The position numbers and the translations under genes are program-made. This document shows positions 13,743-28,200 of a DNA stretch of 64,000 bases, piece after piece; positions within the stretch are counted from its first letter, which is position 1, and every line of letters begins with the position of its first letter. The stretch comes from Veleropilina oligotropha (Eukaryota): contig JBEUKZ010000071.1 in the NCBI GenBank assembly GCA_048128005.1, positions 372,001 through 436,000 on the forward strand. Direction: 5' to 3'. Under the pieces are notes generated by a model. That model worked only from the letters and a program-made list of their open reading frames with translations. It did no database searches and was not told the origin of the DNA.

Positions 13743-16073
13743 ATATTTTGTTTTCTTAATTTTTTTTGCTAAATGTATTCCTCAGGGTGAGTACATTATA
13801 TAATAATGTTCAATTTTGTTGTTCGGTCAAAGGTCAAGGTCACAGAGGTCAAAATGTACTTTCCCTAAAACACACCTTGTCCGGGCTAGATCTCAGGTCT
13901 TATACATGCCAGCCTGATTTCCTTTGGTATGTTAAACCGCCCTATCATGCCATTGTGTATTTTGACAAAATTTCGCGAAAACAAATTTCGACCTTGACGT
14001 AACGACCTTTGACCCCCGAAATCGTGTCCAGCCTGGTTCTTGGAGACGTCAAATCTTATCTTTATAATTTCTTTGTAGATGCATGGCCCATACTTCAAGC
14101 ATGTGCAGGGCGCTGAAATTTTGTACTTTTGACCTTTGATCTTTGACCCTGTCACTCTGACCTTGATAAACAATTTCCATATTTGAGCATTTTTATATTT
14201 TATCGTTTTCTTAAATTTTTTCACCAAATGTATTCCTGAGGGTGAGTACATTATATAACAATGTCAGGGATGATTCCACAGAAAAATAATTGGGGCTGCC
14301 AGCCCTGTGATTGGGAATTTCTATACGTAACAACATCAAATTGGGAATTTCACGACGTATTGTTCTTTAGATAATCCATGAATAGATTCAAGATTTATGT
14401 CAAACCTGTCTATATTACTGTGGGAGGAAAGCCCGGATTTAACCGGTGGAAGACACATTCCTAATACAATATTGTCTTGTAAAAAACGGAGGCGAGCTAT
14501 AACAGCTGAACTTAAATGAAATTTACCCTCGAGGCGAGCGATTTCGATATCATCATGATTCATACATCACACTGCAAAAATATATCTAAGACTCTTTCAA
14601 TGTATGATACTACAATACATTTTTCTATTTCATGTATTTTAGTTTGAATAAAATACTTATTTTTACATTAAAGCATAATATATACAGTAATAATTTTAAA
14701 TAGTCTTACTAGTATATTTATATACAAATGCTATCAGAGAATACATTAATTATTTTCACAATGTGTATGAACATTTCTATTTTTTTAATTATAAAACATA
14801 TATATTAGGGTCATGGTTAATTTGAACTCTCTCAATATGACGGTTTATAAATAGTGGCAACTTTTCCTACTGTCAAAGAGCTCTACAATTGTCTGACGTC
14901 ATGTTTATCAATAAATGTATCCAACCCCAGAAGATCAAAGAATTGTTCATCTCTGTCGCAACAGTTTGCGAGAAATGGGTAGCCTCCTCAGCTACTCCTA
15001 TAACATATGAGACCGGGTTGACGTGCCTTCCCAACCCTAGCTCATATCTCCCAAGCACCATTTATGACAAGCAGGTTCCCGACGAAATCCGTCGGGAACG
15101 GTTTTGGATCAAATTACTTATTAAAAATACAGTGAAACAAACAGTAAATACATAAATTGTATAAATATGCATGAATATACATACCTGTTACTTTTTATTG
15201 ATTTTGTTGTTATAATGTATGATAAAACAGCATTATTTGTCAATGTTTAACCGTCAAACTTGATGACGGTATTTTCCTCCTCGGAAATACGAAGAATAGG
15301 CTAATGATTTTGATTGGTGGATTTAATGAAAACGTAACGCTAACGTCCCAAAATAGCGACCGTCTTCTGTTTACATTGTGAAAGTTAAAAACCATCCGTT
15401 TTGTGTTCCAACATAGCTTTTCGGTGTTAAGGTAACAAAATTGGGGCAGCATGTGATGAAATTTGGTATAAAGGAACATATACCGATGCAAGTAAGTGAT
15501 AAACTGTAGTTACTTTATTGAAATTTAGTATTTTTCGCCAAGGGACGTGATTTTCACCTTGAGATTATTCTGCGGTGAGAAATTTTAGTTCAGCCGTTAG
15601 AGTCTGATATTAGGAACTAGAGCAGGCTCTAACATTGTTGGAGTACCTCCTCAGCTAGCTAATTTACATACACACAAATGCTTGACTTGTGTGTCAGAAA
15701 CGAAACTTAACCCAGTAAATTATATAATTTAACAGAGGCTAATACTAATTAATGTGGAATGAAAAACATTTTAGAACCTGCAATGTTTAACTAGAGCACT
15801 CTTGAAAATATTACTTTATAATATAAAAATGCTTCAGGACAGAGTCCGAAACTAAAAATAAACTTATTCAGACTGGGTCACGTGACTGTCTGGATCCGAC
15901 AGCTTGTGCTACTGCTACTGTCTGGAAAGATATTCTCGGGTTTTGCTGGACTTTTTCATACTAAAGAACATATGGTTGGACATAACAACATGCCTTATTG
16001 CCTAACAAAGAACAGGATCTTGAATAAATTGTTGCAGGAACATAACAACTTGCCTTATTGCCTAACAAAGAAC

Positions 16074-19000
16074 CCCAGGCGAAATGATGACCATGTTCGA
16101 CCATGATCAACATAGTAAATGATGGCTGACCAAGAATTATCATGTTCAGCAATCAAATACCTTGGTTAAAGCCATGATTAGACCATGGTCACATGAGGCA
16201 GACCATGGTCAATCAGTGAAACCATGGATCATGATGGTGGACCATGTTCAACAATGATGGACTCGATGGTTGACCATGGACATATTAGTCAATCAATGGT
16301 TGACCACGTTCAACCATGTTAACTATTATTGAAACCATGGATCATGATGGTGGACCATGTTCAACAATGATGGACTCGATGGTTGACCATGGACATATTA
16401 GTCAATCAATGGTTGACCACGTTCAACCATGTTAACTATTATTGACACCATGTTTGACCATGGACAAATTAACCAATACATGGTCAACTATTTATATTTA
16501 TTAATGTGCATGGTGGTTCACCATGTTCAACCATGGGTGACTAACTCAATTATTCTGGCCATGGTTAAACGTCAAATTATTGCCAATGTCATATCATTCA
16601 ATTTCTATGAATGGTCGCGTAATTACTGTAACTCATGCTGTTACAAATAAATCCATGATCATGAGTTTTGTTACATCATAATTTGTGTTAAAAATTGAAA
16701 GGAAACCTTAATTATATGATATCATTTTAATTAAAGCATGAAATTTCTTTCTGTTTTTGAACAAGGGTCAGAAGTCAGTTACAAATTTAGCAACATGGTT
16801 AAAAAGGAATAGGCTTCTTCCTTGCTGCATGATTAAATCATCCGTGCAAGTTAAATTATATATATATAGGCCTATATATATTATATATTTATCATGCAAA
16901 ATACGACATTTTTATTCATTTTCGAACAAGAGCATATGATCATAAGTCAATGACAAAATTGTGCGCCATGAGTGAAAATTAAAATAGGCTTCATCCTTGT
17001 CAAATCATTTACCCAGGCATACAGCAAAGTTTATATTTAAAAGTGAAATAGGGTGCGGAACTAAAGGAGGCAGACGGACGGACATCGCCTTCGGCGGGCG
17101 CGTAAAAAGTGAAAAACGGAACTCAAATACTATAAAATTTAGCATGCATGCATACTTTTGTCATATCTCCTTTTGATATAGTAGCCATAGTATACGTTGT
17201 TTACTGTTTCCGACTCCCACTCCTGATCGGGCGTAATAAAAATTATTTGGTCAGTTTGAACAAGAACTACATTGCGGAGGTACACGTAGAAGTGAACCTG
17301 TGCAAAGGCTTTTCGTTAGCGGAAGACAAACCCAGTTCGCGACCCTTTTAAACTAATCATGAAAACGAGGCTAGTTATTGTCATGGCGCGTTTGTTTAAA
17401 AACATACATAACGAAATAACCCAGTTCCATATGTTCAGTTCAATATATTTGGCGGTTAAAAACTTCAGTTCAGCGTTCCAAACTTTCAGTCATCATTTAT
17501 AACAGCAAACTGCACTAAGCGTCCTAGGAGCGATATATTTAAAATGACTAAATTTGCGTTCATCGATTGGGACGGAGAATCAACATCAAACTGTCATTTC
17601 GTTATCGTTGATAATTTCACCAAGGAAAGGGCGATATAGACAAGGATCGAGGCGGGGGCAAGTAAGCATACTTCATGTAAGACTCGCGTGAAAAATATTA
17701 CAATGGTAACGAACCCTGCTTACTAATACTGACCATAATCATCGTGCAGCTGCCATATAATATATGCGGCATAATGCCTAATCTGCGTAACCTTCCATAT
17801 GCCATTGGGCAGGTAACAGGTTGACTCGCCGCCAATAAAATGCGGTCGATTCACCGCCGATCAAATGCAATAAGTCATCGCTACATTAAGTATTAAAAAC
17901 GAACAAGGAAGTAAAATTGTACTAAAAAAATACTTCGAAATACCTTTTAGTTTTATAAGAAATTCGACTAGAAATTCAGAAATCCGAATCGGGCGTTTGA
18001 GTTAGATGCGTGCCATATCTTCCAATTCGGGAATTTACTATTAGTCCATTTCGAGTAGGCCTACACTTTTTAATTAATTTATAAAATAATGTGCGATTTC
18101 AATGTATAGGCCTGGCCCTATAGCCTATATCTCTTGTTTCTTTGTATATGTCTCAATGTACATAATATCTCTTGTTTCAATGTATATATTGTTAATTCTG
18201 TTGGCAAGTGCTTATATTTTATCAACAATTTTCATTAAGTACATCTTTTATTCAAACGAAAATTTCTCTAGTCCTATGCATTTTCCCATGACCCATGACG
18301 ATACTTTATATTCGCGGCGAGTTGATCCTGGCTGTGACTTGACTCAAAATAATTGGCGGTGAGTTGACCGGGCGGCGAGTCGTCCTGTATTCATTGGGCA
18401 TTAGGGTCAGTATAAGTAAGCAGGGTTCGTTACCAAATAGACTCTTTTTCACGCGAGTCTTACATAAAGTGCTTGCTGAAAAGGAGAAAGCACACAAGCC
18501 AAATTTTATGGAAAACTTGATTCAGCAAAAAATATACGAGATAAATGGTTAGTAAACATTGGAGGTGTTTTGTGACAATTCTTCGTCACTATTTAATTGT
18601 TCTGAGGGAGGAATGATGCTTAATGTCCTGTATATTTACAACATCGAGGTTCAATGCAGGACATGTCCGTGTTATCGTGGGAGGAAACCCCGGTCGCCCG
18701 GGTAAACCCGCCCTCTTCGGCCAGTCGCGGACAACTGTGATTCATAACTTGAACAAATGTCAATGCCTCTGCCACTGGCCCAGGTATTGAACCCACTACT
18801 GTTCGCACTAGCGGAATCAAGCCAGTGAATTTAGAGTGGACAATCTTACCCACTGCGCTGCCGAAGCGGCCTTGTTCTAAATTGTGAATTAAAATTTATG
18901 TAGCCTAGCCAACACAATTTTAGTCCTCAAATGATCCACGATTGTGTTAAGGGTAAAAGCCGGTTTATTTTGTATATTTTTAACAACTTCGTGTAATCAA

Positions 19001-20067
19001 AATTAACAAACTTGGAAAATGTCAAAATGATAGGCCACGTTGTGACGTAAATCCTCTTGTGACAATGTGTCCGCTTCGTTGGAAATTTCCAAATATATTT
19101 TTTTAATTATTCCGAAGAACCTAACTTTTCTCTAGAATTGTATATTAACATATACCTGCCCTAAAGAATTATTTGTTATTGTCTTGGTTCAGTACAGGAT
19201 GCTAGAAATAAGTGTTACACTGACTTTTGACACTACGATTCACCAAGCATAACGATACTGTACTACTGAAACTAAAAGACAAAATGTAAATGTAATATTT
19301 TCACAATTTTAGCAAATATTGATTTATTCTTTTATTATTACAGATGACAGAAAATTTCTTGCATTGACCATACTGTGACCAAGATGTTCATGTTTGGATT
19401 TCGTAAACTGGCCATGTTCAATGAACAAATGAATGATCTTTGACCAGGGTATTTAACTGTGGTGGCATATAACAAAACATGCTCAACCATGGTAATATGT
19501 TATGCGTGACCATGGTCAAAACCTTGATATTTGACCATGGTATACAACTGTGGTGCCATTTAACAAAACATGCTCAACCATGGTCCTATAATGTGTGACC
19601 ATGGTATATGACCTTGATCTTTGACCATGGTGTACAACTGTGGTGCCATTTAACAAAACATGCTCAACCATGGTCATATGTTATGCGTGACCATGGTCAA
19701 AACCTTGATATTTGACCATGGTATACAACTGTGGTGCCATTTAACAAAACATGCTCAACCATGGTCCTATAATGTGTGACCATGGTATATGACCTTGATC
19801 TTTGACCATGGTGTACAACTGTGGTGCCATTTAACAAAACATGCTCAACCATGGTCATAGTTTATGTGTGACCATGGTGAGATTTCATGATTAACCATGG
19901 TTCGTAAACTGACCATGGTCTTTGACCGTGATCTTAGACCATGGTATCTAACTGAGGTGCCATTTAACAAAACATGCTCAGCCATGGTCGATCATCGCTC
20001 CAGGGACATGAAGTACCATGATATAACATGGTATTTCATGGTCAACCAAGGGTTCGTTTCGCCTGGG
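16074..20067. mobile_element. CACTA/EnSpm-like non-autonomous transposon
   Basis: TIR CCCAGGCGAAA...TTTCGCCTGGG, 2-bp TSD AC, and dense ACCATGGT subterminal repeats at both ends. It splits a copy of a short repeat that is intact at 16000-16041. Confidence 0.8.
18620..18871 (-). mobile_element. tRNA-derived SINE
   Basis: Pol III A-box-like GCAGCGCAGTGG and B-box GGTTCAATACC on the minus strand, followed by a GGGTTTCCTCCC-type body. Confidence 0.6.
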
Positions 20068-21801
20068 ACAGGATCTTGAATAAATTGTTGCAGGAACTTA
20101 GTAATTTACATAAATATTTGGGCCAGTAACTATCGATGTTTTTGCTATTTGTGGTCGCCCGTGTGGACTTTTGTTCGCCACTGGGACTGGCGACCGTCTG
20201 TTTCGAGCACTGGTTGGTTACATTATGTGGGCGTCACTAGTGATAAATGTCATTTAAGGTCAGATAAGTGAACAGACAGTAGACGAAGTAGATAGCATGT
20301 GTCCATATTATCATTACTACCCTACCCAGCAGTGCGAATTTTAAATCATGGTGAGCAATAAAAGCTCGCCTCAAAATGCTGTAAGGGGAGCGCGCGCCTC
20401 AAAAGACAAGGCCTGAATATTATAAAATTTCTAAGTTACTGATATAAAATTATATCTGATTTTATTATTCTATGCTAAATTGTTACTTTGTGAAGTATTT
20501 TCATAAATGTACGTCAACCCGGTGTATCTAACTGATCGGACATGTAACCAGATAATGATTTTATTCAAAATTACTCTTTTTCGCTCAAACATCTTTAATT
20601 AAAAATTTACTGAAATAGAACTTACAATTAAATTATTTACCGCAAATAATCATTAACTAATAATACGATACGTCGACTCCTAAGGCATCAAATCTTACCT
20701 ACTACTTAAATTTTCCTTTAAAGCAAAACGAATTAAAAAAACACGTGGTGTCTGGAATTTCCGACAACTTTCACTTTGTAAATGTCACTTTTTCATTAAG
20801 AAATAATGCAGGGCACCTAAACGTTGGAAACAAAGTAATTAAACTTGTACTATATTCAATATCAAAATAATCGTTATATTGAAAAATTGCGTGCGCCAGA
20901 AGCGGCGACCGTTGACGGAAAATCCCGAACACGAAAGCGTAAAATTTAGTTTTCGAACATGGCGCTGACATCGCCACGAAGTCCCGTACAGATCAAGTAT
21001 CGTTTATTTTTGTTTCGCAAACGATGTTACTATTATTATAAACCGTAGTAACGTCGTAATTTATAAAACGGTTGCAATCGATGTTTAATCCAGCAGGGGT
21101 ACCACATATTGCATAAAAATATACTAATTTCCAATATGGCGAAAACGATAATTGTTACAAAATTGATCTGAAGTGATTGTAAATTGGGAAAAAATATATG
21201 TACAACAATGGGGCCGCCAGGAAAAAGTGGGGCCGCCCGGCGGCCCTAAAAGAATGCCAGAATCATCCCTGAATGTTCACTTTTTTTGTTCGGTCAAAGG
21301 TCAAGGTCACAACACACCTTATCCGGGCTACATCTCAGGTCCTATACAAGCCAGCATGATTTCCTTTTTGTATGTTAACATTAAACCGCCCTATCTTACC
21401 ATTGTGCTTTTCGGCATAATTTTGCGGTGTCCGGCCTGGTTGTTGGTGATGTCAAATCTTATCCTTCTAATTTCTTTGAAGATGCATGGCCCACACTTGA
21501 AGCATGTGCAGGGTGCTAAAATATTGCACTTTTAACCTTGGCATTGTGACCTTCATAAAAAAAATCCATATTTGGGCATTTTCATATTTTATTGTTTCCT
21601 TAATTATTTTTCTGCATATTCCTCCATAAGGGTGAGTACATTATATATAATAACAATGTTCAATTTTGTTGTTCGGTCAAAGGTCAAGGTCACATGCAGA
21701 GGTCAAAATGTACTTTCATGATATGTACACTCCTTGTCCGGGCTAGATCTCGGGTCCTATACATACCAGCATGATTTCCTGTGATATGCTATCTTCCCTT
21801 A

Positions 21802-22435
21802 TGCTAGGTTTACATTATGTTCCTGGTGGCCACGGCAGCCCCGTTTGCCCGAAACGTAGTGCGCCGTGGGATTTTGGCCATTTTTTCTCTGTACTCCAGT
21901 TTTCTCACGGTCTGTCGTGACGGGCCGTGGGGGGAAAGGGGCTGCTGAGTCCCGGATGCTCCAATGCGCACTACGGTTCAGCCCGCGGTCTACCACGGAT
22001 GCCAGTACATTCCCTCCAGGACCGTCACGTTCTGATGGGGCCGCTCACGTTTCTCACGTTCTGATGAAGGTCTGACACATTTTTCACGTTCTGTCAAGGC
22101 TTTCTACGGATGAAACGTGGATGCCGGGCAGCTTTGGAGCACGTTTGTGCCCGAGAAGGCCTCCCAAGCAAAAGCAATCATTGTATCCTTAGACTTCGAC
22201 GAGATAATAACATCATGAATGCCCAAGATGAAGAAGATTTTGTGTTTGCATGTTTGCTGGGTGCATACATCCAGTCTTGGCATCAGCAGCTTGCAGTCGG
22301 GCAGTGAAGTTCACCACGGTCCTTCTGGGCATCTGAGCGATGTGCTCCAACAAGAACTGGAAGCGCTGCCAAATCCACCTGTTGACATAGAAATTGAAAT
22401 TTATAAGCGTGCATGCAAATATATGTTTTCAGTAC

Positions 22436-22510
<75 letters not shown>

Positions 22511-22950
22511 CAAATAAGTTTAGCAACACTTTTTGTGTCATGATAAACTATTGCGTGTACATGTAAATTTAATATAGTACGAGCCCAATGATTGAAATTT
22601 CGTGCAGGTGTTAAATTTAGCATGCCCATACGTTTCAGATAAACGCACACTTTTAAGCTCCACATGCTTCCCGTCCCACTACCGACCGCCTCCAAGTTTT
22701 GTTAAGGCCTATTACGTACTGTCACGTTTTGTTGCGTTCACCCCGTTTTATTACGGCCTACTACGTTTCTCATCCGCACCGTGACTTCCGTGGCAAATTT
22801 TTTGACAGTTAAAAAATCTGTCCCGGCAATCACGGCCTGTCACGTTTGCCCATCCCGTCCCCCCGCGTTGTCTCACGTCCATCCCGTTTTGTCCACGGTG
22901 GCCTGAAACGTGATTGCCGTGGCCGCCGGGAACATAATGTAAACCTAGCA
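21802..22950. mobile_element. Internally deleted TIR DNA transposon (possibly PIF/Harbinger-like) containing a (CA)n tract
   Basis: Long imperfect TIR TGCTAGGTTTACATTATGTTCC...GGAACATAATGTAAACCTAGCA flanked by TTA/TAA; (CA)n at 22439-22509. Confidence 0.7.
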
Positions 22951-23338
22951 TAAACGTGCCATTGTGCAAGGAGGCATAATTTTCCGGAAATGACCTCTGA
23001 CCTTGCCGTAATGACCTTTTACCTACTAAAATTCTTGTCACCATAGGTTCCCATGCCTTGAACGTGTAGGGTGTAAATATTCTGGACATTTGCATAAATC
23101 CATCCATTTCGTCAAATATATTTACACTCTTCCAGTTCGTGACTTTCCAAACTTCATGAGGGTCTCAATATGGAGTGATTTCTCTTACAAGGGGAGACAT
23201 ATGTTTTTGTTCACACAAAAACTACTCCTCTAGTTTTTCTTGAATTTACGAATAATTTCATTTTAATATACTCTATACTGACTTTTATTTTCATCAATTC
23301 GTCGTATTTTCTATTTCAACTGTTATCAGTTACCTTCG

Positions 23339-24324
23339 TTTTTAGCTCGACTATTCTAAAATAGTACGAGCTATTGCAGTCACCCTGTCGTCGGCGTCGG
23401 CGTTGGCGTCAAACTTCAGGTTAACATTTTGCATGAAGGGTCTTTTCTCACAAATTTTTCAAACTACAACTTTCAAACTTCATACACTTGTTCAATGTCA
23501 TTATGCGACCTTACATATTAGGCGTAATAACTCTGGCTTCGTTGTTTTACCAAATTATTCCCCTTTTTCGACTTAGACAATTCAGGTTAATGTTTTGCAT
23601 GAAGGGTCTTTTCTCACAAATTTTTCACACTACACCTTTCAAACTTCATACACTTGTTCAACGTCATTATGCGACCTTACATTACAGGCGTAATAAATGT
23701 GGCTTCGTTATTTTACCAAATTATTCCCCTTTTTCGACTTAGACAAGTCAGGTTAATGTTTTGCATGAAGGGTGTTTTCTCACAATTTTTTCACACTACA
23801 CCTTTCAAACTTCATACACTTGTTCAACGTCATTATGCAACCTTACATTACAGGCGTAATAAATCTGGCTTCGTTATTTTACCAAATTATTCCCCTTTTT
23901 CGACTTAGGCAATTCAGGTTAATGTTTTGCATGAAGGGTCTTTTCTCACAAATTTTTCACACTACACCTTTCAAACTTCATACACTTGTTCAACGTCATT
24001 ATGCGACCTTACATTACAGGCGTAATAAATCTGGCTTCGTTATTTTACCAAATTATTCCCCTTTTTCGACTTAGACAATTCAGGTTAATGTTTTGCATGA
24101 AGGGCCTTTTCTCACAAAGTCAACTTCAGGTTAACATTTTGCATGAAGGGCCTTTTCTCACAAAGTGTTCACACTACAGCCTTGAAACTTCATACGCTTG
24201 TCACATCATTATGCGAACTTGCAATACAAGGGCCATAACTCCAGCTTCATTTTTACCAAAGTATTTCCATTCATCGATCCAGCTTTTGATAGTCGAGCAT
24301 GCTGTCCTTCTGACAGCTCTTGTT
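23339..24324 (-). mobile_element. HINE/pearl-like element with 166-bp tandem core repeats
   Basis: TTTTTAGCTCGACTA hairpin end, (GGCGTC)n, ~4.5 units at a 166-bp period, and an end reading TAGTCGAGC...CTTGTT. Confidence 0.75.
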
Positions 24325-25236
24325 TTATTTGCCCACTATTCAACAATAATTTGTCTACCGTCCCAATCGGAGACGTGAGAATTTGTAATCCGGAATAAGA
24401 AGAGGACAATCGAAGAGGCCCTTAACATCTTATAGCAGATGACAAAGTAAAAGTCGATTTTGATGTGGTTATTTATAAAACTCAATGCAGCTTTAGACCA
24501 GGCAAAATTTTTGGATTTCGCTAAATTACGAAAAGAATAATAATTATTAGGTTAACAGTTAATACACCTACTAATAACAGCTCGACAAATAAATGTTCAA
24601 CTTGTTAATATTTCAATAAGATTGCTTAGCATTTTCAGAATCTTTAAATTTTATGAAAATGGTAAATGCTTTAAAAAATATGGATTTATTTGACGTCATG
24701 TGTTCGTCCTTCAGTGGACTAAACTTTACTGCTGTACTGCCGATTGTATGTGCAAATTGTTAGTAATACATAATAATTTAACTTTTTGATATCAAATGAG
24801 AAAAGCATGCAATTGTAAAACGACTTGATCTCTGCATCATTTTATCTCTAAAGAAAACAGGGTTGCCTGAATTCTTTATAGCTTTTGAATTCCATGCTAT
24901 GGACATATTTGAATATTTGCAGCAAGATTTTAGAGAGGCTTCTAAATTATTGGCCAGAATGGCTACAGGAAGACGAATATTTGATGGAGGACCCCGGCCA
25001 GCGAGAACCGCACGTGTGAGTGGGCACGTAACCTGGTGTTTGTGAGCCTAATACTGCATGCGTCCACGGTGCATGAGCGCTGTCTCTATACTTGTTGCTA
25101 TTAACAACTTCTATAGTCTGCTTCCTATTCATCAGTTAGAGAAAACATAGAGTTAGATCAATCAATGTAGCTTCATGTAGCTTATAGTTTGTGTCGGTGG
25201 CAGTCTCACAAGAGTTGGAAACTCAAAATTGTCTAT

Positions 25237-28200
25237 TGGGTGTCTAATTGTAAGCACCTTGCATACTGTTACTCTTGGTGGTATGATTGTAAGAACCTTG
25301 CATCCTGATACTCTTGGTGGTATGATTGTAAGAACCTTGCATACTGGTACTCTTGGTGGTATGATTGTAAGAACCTTGCATACTGGTACTCTTGGTGGTA
25401 TGATTGTAAGAACCTTGCATACTGGTACTCTTGGGTGTCTAATTGTAAGAACCTTGCATCCTGGTACTCTTGGGTGTCTAATTGTAAGCACCTTGCATAC
25501 TGGTACTCTTGGGTGTCTAATTGTAAGCACCTTGCATACTGGTACTCTTGGGTGTCTAATTGTAAGAACCTTGCATACTGGTACTCTTGGGTGTCTAATT
25601 GTAAGAACCTTGCATCCTGGTACTCTTGGGTGTCTAATTGTAAGCACCTTGCATACTGGTACTCTTGGTGGTATGATTGTAAGAACCTTGCATACTGGTA
25701 CTCTTGGTGGTATGATTGTAAGAACCTTGCATACTGGTACTCTTGGGTGTCTAATTGTAAGCACCTTGCATACTGGTACTCTTGGGTGTCTAAATGTAAG
25801 AACCTTGCATACTGGTACTCTTGGGTGTCTAATTGTAAGAACCTTGCATCCTGGTACTCTTGGTGGTATGATTGTAAGCACCTTGCATCCTGGTACTCTT
25901 GGTGGTATGATTGTAAGAACCTTGCATCCTGGTACTCTTGGGTGTCTAATTGTAAGAACCTTGCATACTGGTACTCTTGGTGGTATGATTGTAAGAACCT
26001 TGCATACTGGTACTCTTGGGTGTCTAATTGTAAGCACCTTGCATACTGGTACTCTTGGGTGTCTAAATGTAAGAACCTTGCATACTGGTACTCTTGGGTG
26101 TCTAATTGTAAGAACCTTGCATCCTGGTACTCTTGGTGGTATGATTGTAAGCACCTTGCATCCTGGTACTCTTGGTGGTATGATTGTAAGAACCTTGCAT
26201 ACTGGTACTCTTGGGTGTCTAATTGTAAGAACCTTGCATCCTGGTACTCTTGGGTGTCTAATTGTAAGCACCTTGCATACTGGTACTCTTGGGTGTCTAA
26301 TTGTAAGCACCTTGCATACTGGTACTCTTGGGTGTCTAATTGTAAGAACCTTGCATACTGGTACTCTTGGGTGTCTAATTGTAAGAACCTTGCATCCTGG
26401 TACTCTTGGGTGTCTAATTGTAAGCACCTTGCATACTGGTACTCTTGGTGGTATGATTGTAAGAACCTTGCATACTGGTACTCTTGGTGGTATGATTGTA
26501 AGAACCTTGCATACTGGTACTCTTGGGTGTCTAATTGTAAGCACCTTGCATACTGGTACTCTTGGGTGTCTAAATGTAAGAACCTTGCATACTGGTACTC
26601 TTGGGTGTCTAATTGTAAGAACCTTGCATCCTGGTACTCTTGGTGGTATGATTGTAAGCACCTTGCATCCTGGTACTCTTGGTGGTATGATTGTAAGAAC
26701 CTTGCATCCTGGTACTCTTGGGTGTCTAATTGTAAGCACCTTGCATACTGGTACTCTTGGGTGTCTAATTGTAAGCACCTTGCATACTGGTACTCTTGGG
26801 TGTCTAATTGTAAGAACCTTGCATACTGGTACTCTTGGGTGTCTAATTGTAAGAACCTTGCATCCTGGTACTCTTGGGTGTCTAATTGTAAGCACCTTGC
26901 ATACTGGTACTCTTGGTGGTATGATTGTAAGAACCTTGCATACTGGTACTCTTGGGTGTCTAATTGTAAGAACCTTGCATACTGGTACTCTTGGGTGTCT
27001 AATTGTAAGAACCTTGCATACTGGTACTCTTGGGTGTCTAATTGTAAGCACCTTGCATACTGGTACTCTTGGTGGTATGATTGTAAGAACCTTGCATACT
27101 GGTACTCTTGGTGGTATGATTGTAAGAACCTTGCATACTGGTACTCTTGGGTGTCTAATTGTAAGCACCTTGCATACTGGTACTCTTGGGTGTCTAAATG
27201 TAAGAACCTTGCATACTGGTACTCTTGGGTGTCTAATTGTAAGAACCTTGCATCCTGGTACTCTTGGTGGTATGATTGTAAGCACCTTGCATCCTGGTAC
27301 TCTTGGGTGTCTAATTGTAAGCACCTTGCATACTGGTACTCTTGGTGGTATGATTGTAAGAACCTTGCATACTGGTACTCTTGGTGGTATGATTGTAAGA
27401 ACCTTGCATACTGGTACTCTTGGGTGTCTAATTGTAAGAACCTTGCATACTGGTACTCTTGGGTGTCTAATTGTAAGAACCTTGCATACTGGTACTCTTG
27501 GGTGTCTAATTGTAAGAACCTTGCATCCTGGTACTCTTGGGTGTCTAATTGTAAGCACCTTGCATACTGGTACTCTTGGTGGTATGATTGTAAGAACCTT
27601 GCATACTGGTACTCTTGGTGGTATGATTGTAAGAACCTTGCATACTGGTACTCTTGGTGGTATGATTGTAAGAACCTTGCATACTGGTACTCTTGGGTGT
27701 CTAATTGTAAGAACCTTGCATACTGGTACTCTTGGTGGTATGATTGTAAGAACCTTGCATACTGGTACTCTTGGTGGTATGATTGTAAGAACCTTGCATA
27801 CTGGTACTCTTGGGTGTCTAATTGTAAGAACCTTGCATACTGGTACTCTTGGGTGTCTAATTGTAAGAACCTTGCATACTGGTACTCTTGGGTGTCTAAT
27901 TGTAAGCACCTTGCATACTGGTACTCTTGGTGGTATGATTGTAAGAACCTTGCATACTGGTACTCTTGGGTGTCTAATTGTAAGCACCTTGCATACTGGT
28001 ACTCTTGGGTGTCTAAATGTAAGAACCTTGCATACTGGTACTCTTGGGTGTCTAATTGTAAGAACCTTGCATCCTGGTACTCTTGGTGGTATGATTGTAA
28101 GCACCTTGCATCCTGGTACTCTTGGTGGTATGATTGTAAGAACCTTGCATCCTGGTACTCTTGGGTGTCTAATTGTAAGAACCTTGCATACTGGTACTCT

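Larger units (their letters stand above)
14265..21271. mobile_element. Non-autonomous DNA transposon with CAGGGATGATTC TIRs and 5-bp TSD (hAT5-like)
   Basis: CAGGGATGATTC at 14265 and GAATCATCCCTG ending at 21271, flanked on both sides by AATGT (14260-14264, 21272-21276). Confidence 0.75.
12493..23194 (-). mobile_element. HINE/pearl-like element split by several younger insertions
   Basis: Ends TATGTCTCCCC (12495) and GGGGAGACATATG...CTAGTT (23171-23194). Homologous core units with TGACCTT/AAGGTCA motifs at 12600-12840, 13745-14260, 21272-21780 and 22955-23050. Confidence 0.6.

Noticed and set aside
18780..18871. tRNA gene
   Set aside because: A and B boxes are present, but I see no convincing cloverleaf and the sequence continues into a SINE-like body.
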